Shown: one piece after another, positions 52,816 to 62,076 of the stretch | Layout of the letters: each line of letters starts with the position of its first letter | Numbering within the stretch: position 1 is the stretch's first letter | IMG/VR virus record: IMGVR_UViG_3300031251_000970 | Span: 1 to 64,000 of that record | Direction: 5' to 3' (one strand) | From: a virus | DNA: 64,000 bases | Position numbers and translations under genes: made by a program | The notes under the pieces: generated by a model | What the model was told of the DNA's origin: nothing | Database searches by the model: none | Seen by the model: the letters and a program-made list of their open reading frames with translations, nothing else

Positions 52816-53727
52816 TCAGAATGTGGAAGCGGTTCCTGCGGTTACCCCAGCGGCTGCGGAATATTTATTCCCAGCGACGAACCCAGCCGCCGCCGTAATT
52901 GGCGTTGTACCGCTCGGAACGTTGATGGCATTGTTCGTAATAAACGGCGTTGATGCGGCCGCCATCGTAATGGCCACCGTCCCAGTCCCAATGACGAATC
53001 GATTGTTGTCGATCGATCCACGAAGCACGGTTCCGACATTCAAAATCGCCTGAGTCATCTTGCCGCAAAAATAATTATTTTGAATTAAATAGTCGACACC
53101 CGATTCGTGTCCGATTTGGCAAGTCGTTGTCGTACCGGAGTTGATGGCTGGCCCAAGGAATCGGCAGTTCGTGACAGTGAATCTGTCTGCGGTCGCAGCC
53201 GTCAAGATTCCCTTGACAACTCCCGCCGCAGCGGCATTGCAGATGAAGTCGCACTGGTCGAATTTGACATCGACCCCGGTCACGCTGATTGCCGCGACGA
53301 TCGCATCGATCCCCGTAAAGTCGAACACGAAGTTCTGAAACATCACGGCCGCACCAGTGATGATCATCTGAGCGGCTGTCGAGGTTGAAAACGTGATCTT
53401 CGGTCGCTGTCGACCGTTGCCCATGCCGATATAGCTGACGCCGGGTTTGCTGAAGGTCATACCAGCCGCACCGACGATCGTTTCCGCATGACCAGCCCCG
53501 ACGAAAACGATATCGCCGTAGTTCGTCAGAAACGTGGGAGCATTGCAGAGAGCTTGAGCATTGATCAGCGTATCGACGGGAACGTCTGCACAATATCCGC
53601 CATTGCTCGAAGAGTTCGTACTGGCATTGTTTGCGAAATAGACATCGCCCATGATTGGGTGAGTCGTGAATCGCAATGCTCCACGAGCACGATTGAAATT
53701 GCTGGCATTGGTCGCTTGAGAGGTCAT
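52816..53727 (-). CDS. Right-handed beta-helix virion protein (possible head fibre)
   Basis: GDIVFVGAGHAET, repeated V.NC.F / I.NN.F coils. Confidence 0.75.
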   Translation of the reverse strand: MTSQATNASNFNRARGALRFTTHPIMGDVYFANNASTNSSSNGGYCADVPVDTLINAQALCNAPTFLTNYGDIVFVGAGHAETIVGAAGMTFSKPGVSYIGMGNGRQRPKITFSTSTAAQMIITGAAVMFQNFVFDFTGIDAIVAAISVTGVDVKFDQCDFICNAAAAGVVKGILTAATADRFTVTNCRFLGPAINSGTTTTCQIGHESGVDYLIQNNYFCGKMTQAILNVGTVLRGSIDNNRFVIGTGTVAITMAAASTPFITNNAINVPSGTTPITAAAGFVAGNKYSAAAGVTAGTASTF

Positions 53728-53771
53728 TCAGCACACTCCGTCTCAGGTGGTGTAAAAGTTCGAAACTTGAA

Positions 53772-54221
53772 TCAGTTGACCGATGCGGCAGGTTTCAGGA
53801 TGCCCGCTCGCTCGAGCACGGCCGGGAACAGTGCCCGTGCCTTATTGCATTCGTCGAGGTTCCAATCGTATTTCTCGTACGATTGGACTCCCGGCGATTT
53901 GATCATCTCATATGTTTCCTGAACGAGTTTCACGCTGCCGAGTTCTCGTGAAATCATGTTGCAGGGATGCGTCTTTTTCAGATTCGGAGCATAGGCTTCG
54001 TCGAGAGGATTGTTGTCGATGGCAACAATATCGATCGAACCATTCATGATCTGATCGGCGGTTTCCAGAAACGCGGCCGCATCTCGGAAGCAGCGAATCG
54101 CCACTTGCTTCGGCGAGTTATTGTTCTGCCGAGCATTCTGGAACAATTGGAACGCGGTCTTTTCCAGCCGAGCCGAGTCAGACGATGACTCGACATCCGG
54201 CCTTTTCTTTTCTTCTGCCAT
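53772..54221 (-). CDS. Hypothetical protein in the head module
   Basis: 149 aa, AGGA RBS. Confidence 0.65.
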   Translation of the reverse strand: MAEEKKRPDVESSSDSARLEKTAFQLFQNARQNNNSPKQVAIRCFRDAAAFLETADQIMNGSIDIVAIDNNPLDEAYAPNLKKTHPCNMISRELGSVKLVQETYEMIKSPGVQSYEKYDWNLDECNKARALFPAVLERAGILKPAASVN

Positions 54222-54266
54222 GACAACTTTCCTGAGTGAACTCTATTCCGATCCGAACGATCCGGA

Positions 54267-54779
54267 TCAGGCTAAGAAATCGATACCGGTCTGCTGTGGC
54301 TGCTTGAGTCCGACAGCGATATAGATCGCCGTTCCCAACTGGGCATTCGTGCCAGTATCGGGAATCGTGATTTGCACATAGGCGAAGCCGTTCGCGAGGT
54401 CCAGGTCTTTCCCTTGAATCTCGACGACGACGATCGCGGCCGATGCCGCAGCACCGGTCAGAGTCGCCGTACCGGCCGCTGCCTGAGTCGTGATCGTCCA
54501 GATTCGATTCGCTGCCGTCGCGATAGCACCGATCTTGCTTCGGTATTTCGTGAACGTCAGAGCCTTGGAACTGCCACCGGCATTGTCCTTGGCTTGATTC
54601 ACGGTGAAAACCGGATCGTCACCGGCCGTCCCTGCCGCCTTGAGCAGAACCAAAGCAACCCGGTCACACATGGCCATTTTGTGCCAGTTGGCACCATTGT
54701 TGCCAGTCTGCATATCGACCGGAATGAATGCGAAATTGATATCACAAGATTCCGTGAATTCCTGATTCAGTGTCGTCAT
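54267..54779 (-). CDS. Putative capsid decoration protein
   Basis: A/T/G-rich, directly after the capsid gene; QAKDNAG, DLDLANGF.YV. Confidence 0.7.
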   Translation of the reverse strand: MTTLNQEFTESCDINFAFIPVDMQTGNNGANWHKMAMCDRVALVLLKAAGTAGDDPVFTVNQAKDNAGGSSKALTFTKYRSKIGAIATAANRIWTITTQAAAGTATLTGAAASAAIVVVEIQGKDLDLANGFAYVQITIPDTGTNAQLGTAIYIAVGLKQPQQTGIDFLA

Positions 54780-54821
54780 AATCGTTTTCCCGAAAAAGAG
54801 TTGAAATCATGCCGACAAAAA

Positions 54822-56165
54822 TCAGCGAGCGGCCACGCCCACGAAACTGGATTGGGTATTCGTACCCTGATAAGGAGTCGTCGGAGCGTTTTCCCAAGGA
54901 ATCGCGTTCATTCGCATCGTGAACCGCAACGCCATCTGATCCGTCAGGAATTCGACGTGCATCGAGACGGCTTGCTGAATTCCACCCTTGGAGATCGACA
55001 GCACCTGCCCGAGATCGGCGAGCACGATATCGCCAGCGGTTCCCAGCGTGGACGCGAATTCGATCGGTTTCATCGGCAGTCCGCACAGCGTTCCGAACGG
55101 CGTCCCGGACATTCCACCAGGAGGCATGTAGGTTGCCACACCGGCCGCACCGATGCCCAAGGTCATCAGCATCAATTGCTGTTGAATGTCCTGATTGTGA
55201 TACCACTTGGCGTTGTTGAGGAACGGAGCGAAGAACCGTCCGAAAATTTTGGCAATATTCTCCGTGACGACCGTTTTCGGAGTTTGTCCGACTTCGGCCG
55301 AGATCGAGAGATAGCTCGGGGCGTTGATGATCCCCAGCGGTTTCGCCACGCCATCACCACGGAAGAGGGCCGCACCGATCAGGAAGTTGAATTCCTCGGA
55401 GGCCTTCCGGGTCACATATTGTTCGAGAGCGGCCGAATTGTCATTGATCAGTTCGTCGGTCAGATAGACGACAACGGCGACTTTTTGCAGTTTCAATTGG
55501 ACTTCGCGAAGGGTCGGTTTGCTGGCGGTGATCGTATTGCCTTCACCCGTCCAATAGCCTCGCAGTCCACCATGACGAGAACCGTCAACACGGCTCGTTT
55601 CGGCGTTCGCCCAAAACGTCATGTTGTTCCCGGCAACCGTGTAGGCGTCGGTCGAGTTGACCAAATCGTTCGAGTAGATTCGGCTGAAAATCTTGGTCGA
55701 GAACTCGGGCAAAACCGTAAAGCCGCCGTCCGCTCCGATACCTTCCGACATCCCTTGGACGGCTTTCATGGCCGAACAGGATTTGTAATGGTTGCGAACC
55801 CGCTCTTGGAATCCGTTCGAGGCATGACCGTCGAGACCTGCTCGAACGAAGTCGTTCAGTGACTTGAATTCGGACTTGGGAACATATCCATCCTTAATCA
55901 GAGCGGCCATTTGCGATTTGCGGCTGGAAATGCGATTTGCGACCGGTCCGCGAATCTCGTTCGGAGATTGCACGATTGTGACCGTGTCATCGTCGTCGCC
56001 TTCCGACCATTCGCCAACGATTCGGCCCTGTGCGTCGCGATGAACGCCGCCAAAGTTCGGAGTTGATCCGAGAATCGACTTGAGAGATTTCAATTCGGCC
56101 GACTGCTCGTCATTTTTCTTGATCAGTTCGGCTTGGAGTTTTTCGAGAGTGGCGATGTCAGCCAT
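54822..56165 (-). CDS. Major capsid protein, HK97 fold
   Basis: ADGGFTVLPE, WTGEG, TDELIND, GDGVAKPLGI, GDIVLADL; N-terminal delta-like region. Confidence 0.93.
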   Translation of the reverse strand: MADIATLEKLQAELIKKNDEQSAELKSLKSILGSTPNFGGVHRDAQGRIVGEWSEGDDDDTVTIVQSPNEIRGPVANRISSRKSQMAALIKDGYVPKSEFKSLNDFVRAGLDGHASNGFQERVRNHYKSCSAMKAVQGMSEGIGADGGFTVLPEFSTKIFSRIYSNDLVNSTDAYTVAGNNMTFWANAETSRVDGSRHGGLRGYWTGEGNTITASKPTLREVQLKLQKVAVVVYLTDELINDNSAALEQYVTRKASEEFNFLIGAALFRGDGVAKPLGIINAPSYLSISAEVGQTPKTVVTENIAKIFGRFFAPFLNNAKWYHNQDIQQQLMLMTLGIGAAGVATYMPPGGMSGTPFGTLCGLPMKPIEFASTLGTAGDIVLADLGQVLSISKGGIQQAVSMHVEFLTDQMALRFTMRMNAIPWENAPTTPYQGTNTQSSFVGVAAR

Positions 56166-56222
56166 GTTAAAAATCCCTTTAAGAGCGTGGTACAAAACAG
56201 ATGGCCGCTTTGGCCACGGTCC

Positions 56223-57659
56223 TCAACTTGCCGACAGTCGCCGCTGAAGTTCCTCGGCGAGTTTCCTCATTTTCTCATCTTCCGGAGCCATCGCGGGTTT
56301 CGATTCCTCGACTTTCGGAGTCATCGATTTCATTTTCGCCCCGTGAATCTCGGCTTGTCGCACGAGTCGCTCGGCATGATCGATCGTCGATTGCAACGAT
56401 TTCCGCTGCGATCCGTTCAAATTCTTGTCGGACTGCAACGATTTCAGACGATGAATGATTCCGTACATCTCGTTTTGCCGACCGCTCGACGCGGCGAGAA
56501 ACGATTTCATCTCGGTATTGTCGTCGTCGCTGGAATCTTCGGTTTCGTCGCCCATGTCTTCCGACTTGAGATCGCATTTCATCTTGGGGTAACACTTTAC
56601 GTGTAATCCTTCGAGTTGCGTCATCCCGGCTTTCATCATGTCGTTGACGTCACCAACGCCTTTCTTGACCGCCTCATTCTCTAGGTGATCCCCGAGGCAT
56701 GAATTGGTCGACTTGACGCCCGATTTGATGTGAGCGTGAAGGCATTTGATGACCTGCGAGCCGTACGGCTGTTTTGCAGGATCGACGCCCGGTTCGTTTT
56801 CTGGAGCCTGCATCGTCGCCCCGTTGTTCACATTCGATTCCGTCGCTTGATCGGCGGGAATCGTCGCGGGATTTTGATTGTCGGTTTTTCCGGAACCCGT
56901 TGAACCGGTCTCGGAGTTTTCTTTGTCTTCAGGCACGTTATCGTCGCCCATATCGTCTTTTTTCATTTTCGACTCCTCGAATCCGGTTCCGTATTTTTTG
57001 GGCTTCGGAGCAATGGCAGTGAGTGATTTGTAAATCGACTCGTGGATCGGTCGTCCGTCCAATCGATTTTTTGAGAGGCATTTCGTGATCGCTTGCGGAT
57101 TGACTCCGAGAACGGTGAATGACCATTCCTCCAAGTCCCACAAGCTGACTTCGGTGATCGTCCGACCGTTTTTGAACACCGGACGTGACTTCAAGGGAGT
57201 TTCCCGAACCGAAACGCCGCGAATGACTCCGTCTGCGATCAGTTCGAAAACTTGCATCGCGGTCTGGTCTTTTTGTGCGAAAAAGCATGTCCCATAGACC
57301 GAATCGTCGATGATTTGGATTGCGAGGTTTCCATCCGGGTCGCTGCTGGTTCCCATCGGCAACGGAATTCCTTCCGTCAGTCCGTGATTCCAGAGCACGA
57401 CCGGATTCAGGCGATAATTGTCGAGCTTGCAGCCCGATGCCAAAAGTACATCGCCGACGCGGTCCGGTTCGGCATTCGAGATTCTCGCTCGGACACTGAC
57501 CGCCGATCGATCGACATACGGCGGATCGTTATCCACCGAATCCAGCATGAGCGATGGAGAATCAACCCCGAGAGCTTTCGTCGAATACAACCAATTCATT
57601 CCTCGATTGGTCGAGAGAATGTCGTCGAGGGATTCGAGGAATGGTTGTTCGGCTGGCAT
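56223..57659 (-). CDS. Prohead maturation protease (HK97-type) with long C-terminal extension
   Basis: DRVGDVL, NYRLNPVVLWNH, GVSV, LEEWS...NPQA. Confidence 0.88.
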   Translation of the reverse strand: MPAEQPFLESLDDILSTNRGMNWLYSTKALGVDSPSLMLDSVDNDPPYVDRSAVSVRARISNAEPDRVGDVLLASGCKLDNYRLNPVVLWNHGLTEGIPLPMGTSSDPDGNLAIQIIDDSVYGTCFFAQKDQTAMQVFELIADGVIRGVSVRETPLKSRPVFKNGRTITEVSLWDLEEWSFTVLGVNPQAITKCLSKNRLDGRPIHESIYKSLTAIAPKPKKYGTGFEESKMKKDDMGDDNVPEDKENSETGSTGSGKTDNQNPATIPADQATESNVNNGATMQAPENEPGVDPAKQPYGSQVIKCLHAHIKSGVKSTNSCLGDHLENEAVKKGVGDVNDMMKAGMTQLEGLHVKCYPKMKCDLKSEDMGDETEDSSDDDNTEMKSFLAASSGRQNEMYGIIHRLKSLQSDKNLNGSQRKSLQSTIDHAERLVRQAEIHGAKMKSMTPKVEESKPAMAPEDEKMRKLAEELQRRLSAS

Positions 57660-57686
57660 ACCCGACGATTAGACGGGCGAAAGAAT

Positions 57687-57703
57687 ATTGACGTAATGTC
57701 AAT
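57687..57703. promoter_or_regulatory. Palindromic site upstream of the protease gene
   Basis: ATTGAC-gtaat-GTCAAT. Confidence 0.4.
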
Positions 57704-57737
57704 GCCGAGAAGTTTTACAGACGTCTAGAAAACTTTC

Positions 57738-57956
57738 TCACTTCAATTCCGACTGAGGCGGAATCGGAATTTTGATCGAATGCGGGCATTCCGAGCAGTA
57801 GCGATGCTGGATGCGTGATCCGTCGGAAAGCTGTTCAACGGTGCCGACTTTGCAGATTGTGCCACACTTTGGGCAGATCGGAACCGGTTTCAGATTGTAC
57901 CAGTTGACATACTTTCGCTTCGATAATCCGTTTTCCGAATCCTTCACGAATGTCAT
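57738..57956 (-). CDS. Small zinc-ribbon protein (Ogr/Delta-like)
   Basis: CPKCG...RYCSEC. Confidence 0.55.
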   Translation of the reverse strand: MTFVKDSENGLSKRKYVNWYNLKPVPICPKCGTICKVGTVEQLSDGSRIQHRYCSECPHSIKIPIPPQSELK

Positions 57957-58033
57957 CCGAGATTTCCTGAGAGCGAATTAACCGCGACTCGGATTGTTAT
58001 CGCGAATTCGACGGGATTTGACAACATGAAATG

Positions 58034-58068
58034 AAAAAGCCGATCCGGTTTTGATGCCGGATCGGCTT
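58034..58068 (-). terminator. Rho-independent terminator
   Basis: AAGCCGATCCGG/CCGGATCGGCTT stem with a T5 tail on the minus strand. Confidence 0.85.
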
Positions 58069-58100
58069 CGCATTCCACTGTCGAATATCAATCAGCGACG

Positions 58101-58496
58101 TTAGTCGTTCATATCCAATTCCGCTCCGCTGATTTGCTTTTCGAACAAATCAAACAGTCGTCGTCCGATTTCGTCGGGAATATTCGCGACATGCTCCCCT
58201 TTCGCCAGCAATTCGGCAGACTCGAACAATCGCTCGTCATCGCCTTCGGGTGCCCATCCGAGATTCTCCCAGCCGCCGTACATTGATCCGGGGTCGTAAT
58301 AGCCCGTCGATGTGAAATGGATTGCGAGTTCCAAGCAGGGAGTCGAATCGAAATCCATCGGCAAATAGGGTCGCAAGAATTCGAGAGCGTCGCTTCCGCA
58401 GCCGATCTCGGTTTGCAGGTCGCAGATGAAGCCGTCTTCATCGCTGTCGAGTTCCAGGTAAATCACTCCGGCGACATTTGACCAACTGTTTTTCAT
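58101..58496 (-). CDS. Acidic hypothetical protein
   Basis: AAGGAG RBS; GYYDPG...PEGDDER. Confidence 0.7.
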   Translation of the reverse strand: MKNSWSNVAGVIYLELDSDEDGFICDLQTEIGCGSDALEFLRPYLPMDFDSTPCLELAIHFTSTGYYDPGSMYGGWENLGWAPEGDDERLFESAELLAKGEHVANIPDEIGRRLFDLFEKQISGAELDMND

Positions 58497-58536
58497 TTTA
58501 TAACTCCTTCGTTGCGGTTACTGATCGCACGAACAA

Positions 58537-58565
58537 ATATTACAGAACAATTTATCGGCTGTCAA
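58537..58565 (-). promoter_or_regulatory. Sigma70-like promoter
   Basis: TTGACA-17-TAATAT. Confidence 0.75.
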
Positions 58566-59065
58566 CTCGCAATCGATTGACCCTCATTCGCCCATAGTCC
58601 TGACATTCCGCCATATCGTGATCCGGTCGTTCGAAATTCAGCGGTCCATTCCCAAACATCGCGAACGAAACACTGAAACTCGGCTCCGGAGAGTTCAAGT
58701 TCTGGACGCGTGTCGAACTCCGCCATGTCAATCGCGGCGTCATACGCATCGCGATAACTTTTCGGGACGACCAACTGAACGGATATTCCATTCAAAATCG
58801 TCAGATGATCGCTGAACTGATCGGCCGTATCGGCTGTGAAGGAATTGATCTTCGCGATGATCCTGGATTTCTGTTCGGCGATTTGCGAATCCAGATTGCG
58901 AAATGTGGCCTCCACTTTTTCGAGTGATTGAGCGACATAGCCTTTCATCGCCTCGTCGAACAGCAGTACGTGCCGTTCGCGATTTGCCTTGAGTGTTTCG
59001 ATCAGTCTCAGCCGGTCAACGACGACGGTTCTATTCATCTGATTGCTTAATGCTCGGTTTGCCAT
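58562..59065 (-). CDS. Phage hypothetical protein
   Basis: L..L..NR..H...P.SY..AYD..I.M...F..FVRD.W.W; AAGGA RBS. Confidence 0.7.
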   Translation of the reverse strand: MANRALSNQMNRTVVVDRLRLIETLKANRERHVLLFDEAMKGYVAQSLEKVEATFRNLDSQIAEQKSRIIAKINSFTADTADQFSDHLTILNGISVQLVVPKSYRDAYDAAIDMAEFDTRPELELSGAEFQCFVRDVWEWTAEFRTTGSRYGGMSGLWANEGQSIAS

Positions 59066-59099
59066 GTTCGATTCCTTTGATCTGTTTGAGAAAGCGGAT

Positions 59100-59300
59100 T
59101 CAATCAATCATGCATGATCGGTCGTAGGCATCTTCGAGGCACGAATCGACGATGCGTTTATTCTCTTCGGCTGTTACGTTCAGTTCTGATTTTTCGTAGC
59201 CGATCTCGTCGAAGTCCCATTCGATCTCGCATTCGTACATTGCGATGACTTTGTTGTGATATTCGATTTCAACTTGTTTGCCGCGAAAGTCGACGATCAT
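59100..59300 (-). CDS. Small acidic protein
   Basis: AAGGA RBS; ATGA-coupled. Confidence 0.6.
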   Translation of the reverse strand: MIVDFRGKQVEIEYHNKVIAMYECEIEWDFDEIGYEKSELNVTAEENKRIVDSCLEDAYDRSCMID

Positions 59301-59764
59301 TTGGATTCCTTTGTGAGTTCGGCCAGCAAACGATCTGCGGACTCAATAGCCATTGCTGCACAATTTCCAGAGCCGAACCGCTCATAACCATCACAGGAGA
59401 GCAATCCGCTTAACGCCGCCGTTGCAATCGTTTCTCGTGTCGCTCGTCCTAATGCAACTAATTGCAACTTTTTCAAGTTATCGGCGATGTTTTCGAGCAG
59501 TGAATCCGTCTTACTGTATGGACCCTGGCCGATCGCCCACAGTTCCACCAACGCGAATTCGGCTGACTCACGTTCGATTGGTCGACCATCCGCCTCAGTG
59601 ATGATTTTTCCAGAAGATGAAAACGCAGTCCAAATGCCGACTTTGCAGGTTATTGGATTTTGCACCCGAACAATCCGACTTCCATCCCGAAACACGTATG
59701 AACCGTTGGACAGCAGCTTGCCAAGGTCTTTCTTCAACTGCTTGATAGAGGGCTGTCTATTCAT
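59297..59764 (-). CDS. Hypothetical protein, paralog of the adjacent gene
   Basis: C-terminal TRETIATAALSGLL...ADRLLAEL. Confidence 0.65.
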   Translation of the reverse strand: MNRQPSIKQLKKDLGKLLSNGSYVFRDGSRIVRVQNPITCKVGIWTAFSSSGKIITEADGRPIERESAEFALVELWAIGQGPYSKTDSLLENIADNLKKLQLVALGRATRETIATAALSGLLSCDGYERFGSGNCAAMAIESADRLLAELTKESK

Positions 59765-60215
59765 TTGATCCCTTTTTGAGTTCTGCAATGAGGACATCGG
59801 CCATTTGAACGGCCATCTGAGATAGAAACTTGAAGTCGCAGTCGAAGTCTTTTCCGACGGTCGTCGCGAATCCTTGCAATGCCATTGCCGCGAAATGCTC
59901 TCGCTTCGTGAGATTGGATGCGAGTTCGGGAATCGGTTCTGTGGGTTTCGGCCGAGCGTTGCTTTCGCGGTATGATGCGAATGGTCCTTCTCCCGCTTCC
60001 CAATAGCACATCAAGACGTCCTCGATATGATCGAAGAATTTTGGCGTCTTTCCATCATCGTCTAGCATGAACGATCCGTCATCCCAGGTTGCGACCCATT
60101 TTCCGTCTTCTTTCTCGACGATTGAGCATCGATCCGGAAAAGAGTAATACGACCCCTCGTCGCTTTCGTGAAGTTCACCTAGTTTTTCTCGAAGTTCTCC
60201 CATTCCCGGCTTCAT
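59757..60215 (-). CDS. Hypothetical protein
   Basis: C-terminal LTKREHFAAMALQG...ADVLIAEL. Confidence 0.7.
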   Translation of the reverse strand: MKPGMGELREKLGELHESDEGSYYSFPDRCSIVEKEDGKWVATWDDGSFMLDDDGKTPKFFDHIEDVLMCYWEAGEGPFASYRESNARPKPTEPIPELASNLTKREHFAAMALQGFATTVGKDFDCDFKFLSQMAVQMADVLIAELKKGSNE

Positions 60216-60763
60216 CGCGTTTTTCCTTTCTCTTGTTCAGTCAAGTCGATCTCGACTAGCCTGTCGAGAAGTTTTTGAAACGTGTCATTCAGATATGGCA
60301 GGTTCTTCGGATCGCGTTCTTTTGCGATCAGAGATTCGATGTAATCGAGGCGGGTTTCGAGCTGTTCTTTTGTCATGAGTCTCTCGCTTCGCGTGCCAGT
60401 TCGTCGCGTTGTTCTTCGGTCAGCTTGAATCGGTCGCACAGGATTTCTCGTTCAAGATTCGCTTGATGGAATCGTTCTTGGAAATCATTTGACCTTCTTC
60501 GGCTTCGTTCGAGTTCATTCTTGAGACTGTCGATTTCTTGCTGATCTTTTTTCGTTCGCATGGATCACCTTTCCACGATCATCAGAGCGAAATTCTCTCT
60601 ACGACAATCGGACGTCTCGATTGGCGTTCCGTCGATCGTGCTGAGGATGACCCCGCGATGCAGAATCGTTGCCGCCGTTACTGTTCTGTCGTCGTAATAC
60701 GAGTCCTGCATAACGACATACGGATCAATCCCATTCGCCAATTCATCGCCCAGTTTCTTGAAC

Positions 60764-61165
60764 TCAGACCATCTCATCGGAACCGCCTTCCTGCTGAGAC
60801 TTCGCGATTTGTTCTCGCTCGTAGGCTTCGTCGAGCAATCTGTTTTCTTGGTCCGACAGGTCGATAAAGTGTTGAGCGGCATCGTCGAAAATGTCCTTCA
60901 GACCATCGGTCTCGCCGTCGCAAACGACGCAGATCGCATCATCCTCCGGCCAATTTCCTTCGGCGACAACAATTCCGACAATCTCGCCGCACAATGCGAT
61001 TAGCTCGTGAGCCGCCTTCAGTTCATCCTTTTCGAGAACAGTATTGTGGTCGGCCTTTCCTGACTTCGACATGATCGCTTTGATCACGTCTCGACAATCT
61101 TTCAGATCAGTGAGCGTATAGCGGAAGCGGTTTGTATAACGGTGAGACATGGTTTTTCCTTTCAA
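60764..61165 (-). CDS. Acidic hypothetical protein
   Basis: 133 aa; likely start MSHRY after an AAGGA RBS. Confidence 0.6.
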   Translation of the reverse strand: MKGKTMSHRYTNRFRYTLTDLKDCRDVIKAIMSKSGKADHNTVLEKDELKAAHELIALCGEIVGIVVAEGNWPEDDAICVVCDGETDGLKDIFDDAAQHFIDLSDQENRLLDEAYEREQIAKSQQEGGSDEMV

Positions 61166-61226
61166 AAGTCTTTCGATTCACAACAGTCCCCGCCGATCCA
61201 TCAACGGGGAGAGCAGTGAACCGCGA

Positions 61227-61970
61227 CTAGATTGCAGAATACTTCGTTTCAGCGTCGATCAATCCATACAGTTTCATCGTCAACAAGGTGAACTTCGTTG
61301 GATTCGATTCGCGGGCTTTCATGGCGAATGTTCCGGCGTTGAACAAGCTCCAAGCCGTTCGCGGTTCGAACGCTGAGAATGATGGCTTCCGCCATTCCGC
61401 AATCGCTTGCGGCAGAAGTGTTGAACTCAGGATTCCTTGCTCGTAGGCGTGAAGCAAACAACTTGCGGCCTGCTGTTCGGTCAGTTCGCATGCCTGATAA
61501 TGTTCGATGCGTTTCGCTTCGACCTGCTGAAACTGAGCGAGAGCGACGATCGACTTTGAAATCCCTTCGTCGAATCGATTCATACCGAATCGTGTGTGAC
61601 GCTTGCTGACATAGATTTCCGAGTTGAATGAGAGATTGTCGCATACGAATACTCGGGAACCGGCCGTCATGCCGATTGGGAACACTTTGTCGACTGAATT
61701 GCGAACGCCAACAGCGAGAGAAACTCCTTCGACAATTGGACTCGCCAAATCGAGCGTCGCGAAGAACTGAGCATTGTCGGCCGACAGAGCGAACTGCGAT
61801 TTGCGGATCGAGAACCCCGCATTCGTCAGCGATCCTTCAACCGTTTCCAAAACCGTCTTGTGTGGCGTCGGAAACCATGTCGATGTGCCTTCGACGTGTT
61901 CGCAGGATTCGACTTCCGAACGTTCGACTTTTCGTGATCCGCGATGAAGGATGAGAGTTGATTCGGTCAT
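61227..61970 (-). CDS. DUF932-like protein
   Basis: P.PH, RNS.DK, RVFVCDNL, RHT, TAWSLFNA.T. Confidence 0.8.
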   Translation of the reverse strand: MTESTLILHRGSRKVERSEVESCEHVEGTSTWFPTPHKTVLETVEGSLTNAGFSIRKSQFALSADNAQFFATLDLASPIVEGVSLAVGVRNSVDKVFPIGMTAGSRVFVCDNLSFNSEIYVSKRHTRFGMNRFDEGISKSIVALAQFQQVEAKRIEHYQACELTEQQAASCLLHAYEQGILSSTLLPQAIAEWRKPSFSAFEPRTAWSLFNAGTFAMKARESNPTKFTLLTMKLYGLIDAETKYSAI

Positions 61971-62047
61971 TCTGTTTTCCCTGTTCAGGAGTCTCACGCA
62001 ATTCGTCGAGCACGGTTACTGTTTCGTGTTCGCGTCGTGATGAAATA

Positions 62048-62076
62048 ATGTTATCGAAGTTTATCGGATTTGTCAA
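62048..62076 (-). promoter_or_regulatory. Sigma70-like promoter
   Basis: TTGACA-17-TAACAT. Confidence 0.75.

Noticed and set aside
54372-55862. 496 aa plus-strand ORF
   Set aside because: Antisense shadow of the capsid genes with no motifs; long antisense ORFs are common throughout this sequence.
59297-60215. Tandem paralogs with an R..FA..A.QG helix motif as a novel system
   Set aside because: This looks like a common small phage module; there is no further evidence of a system.
60616-60624. Additional GTTACTG match
   Set aside because: Lies in probable coding sequence with no upstream promoter or matching hairpin, so it was not counted as a leader motif.
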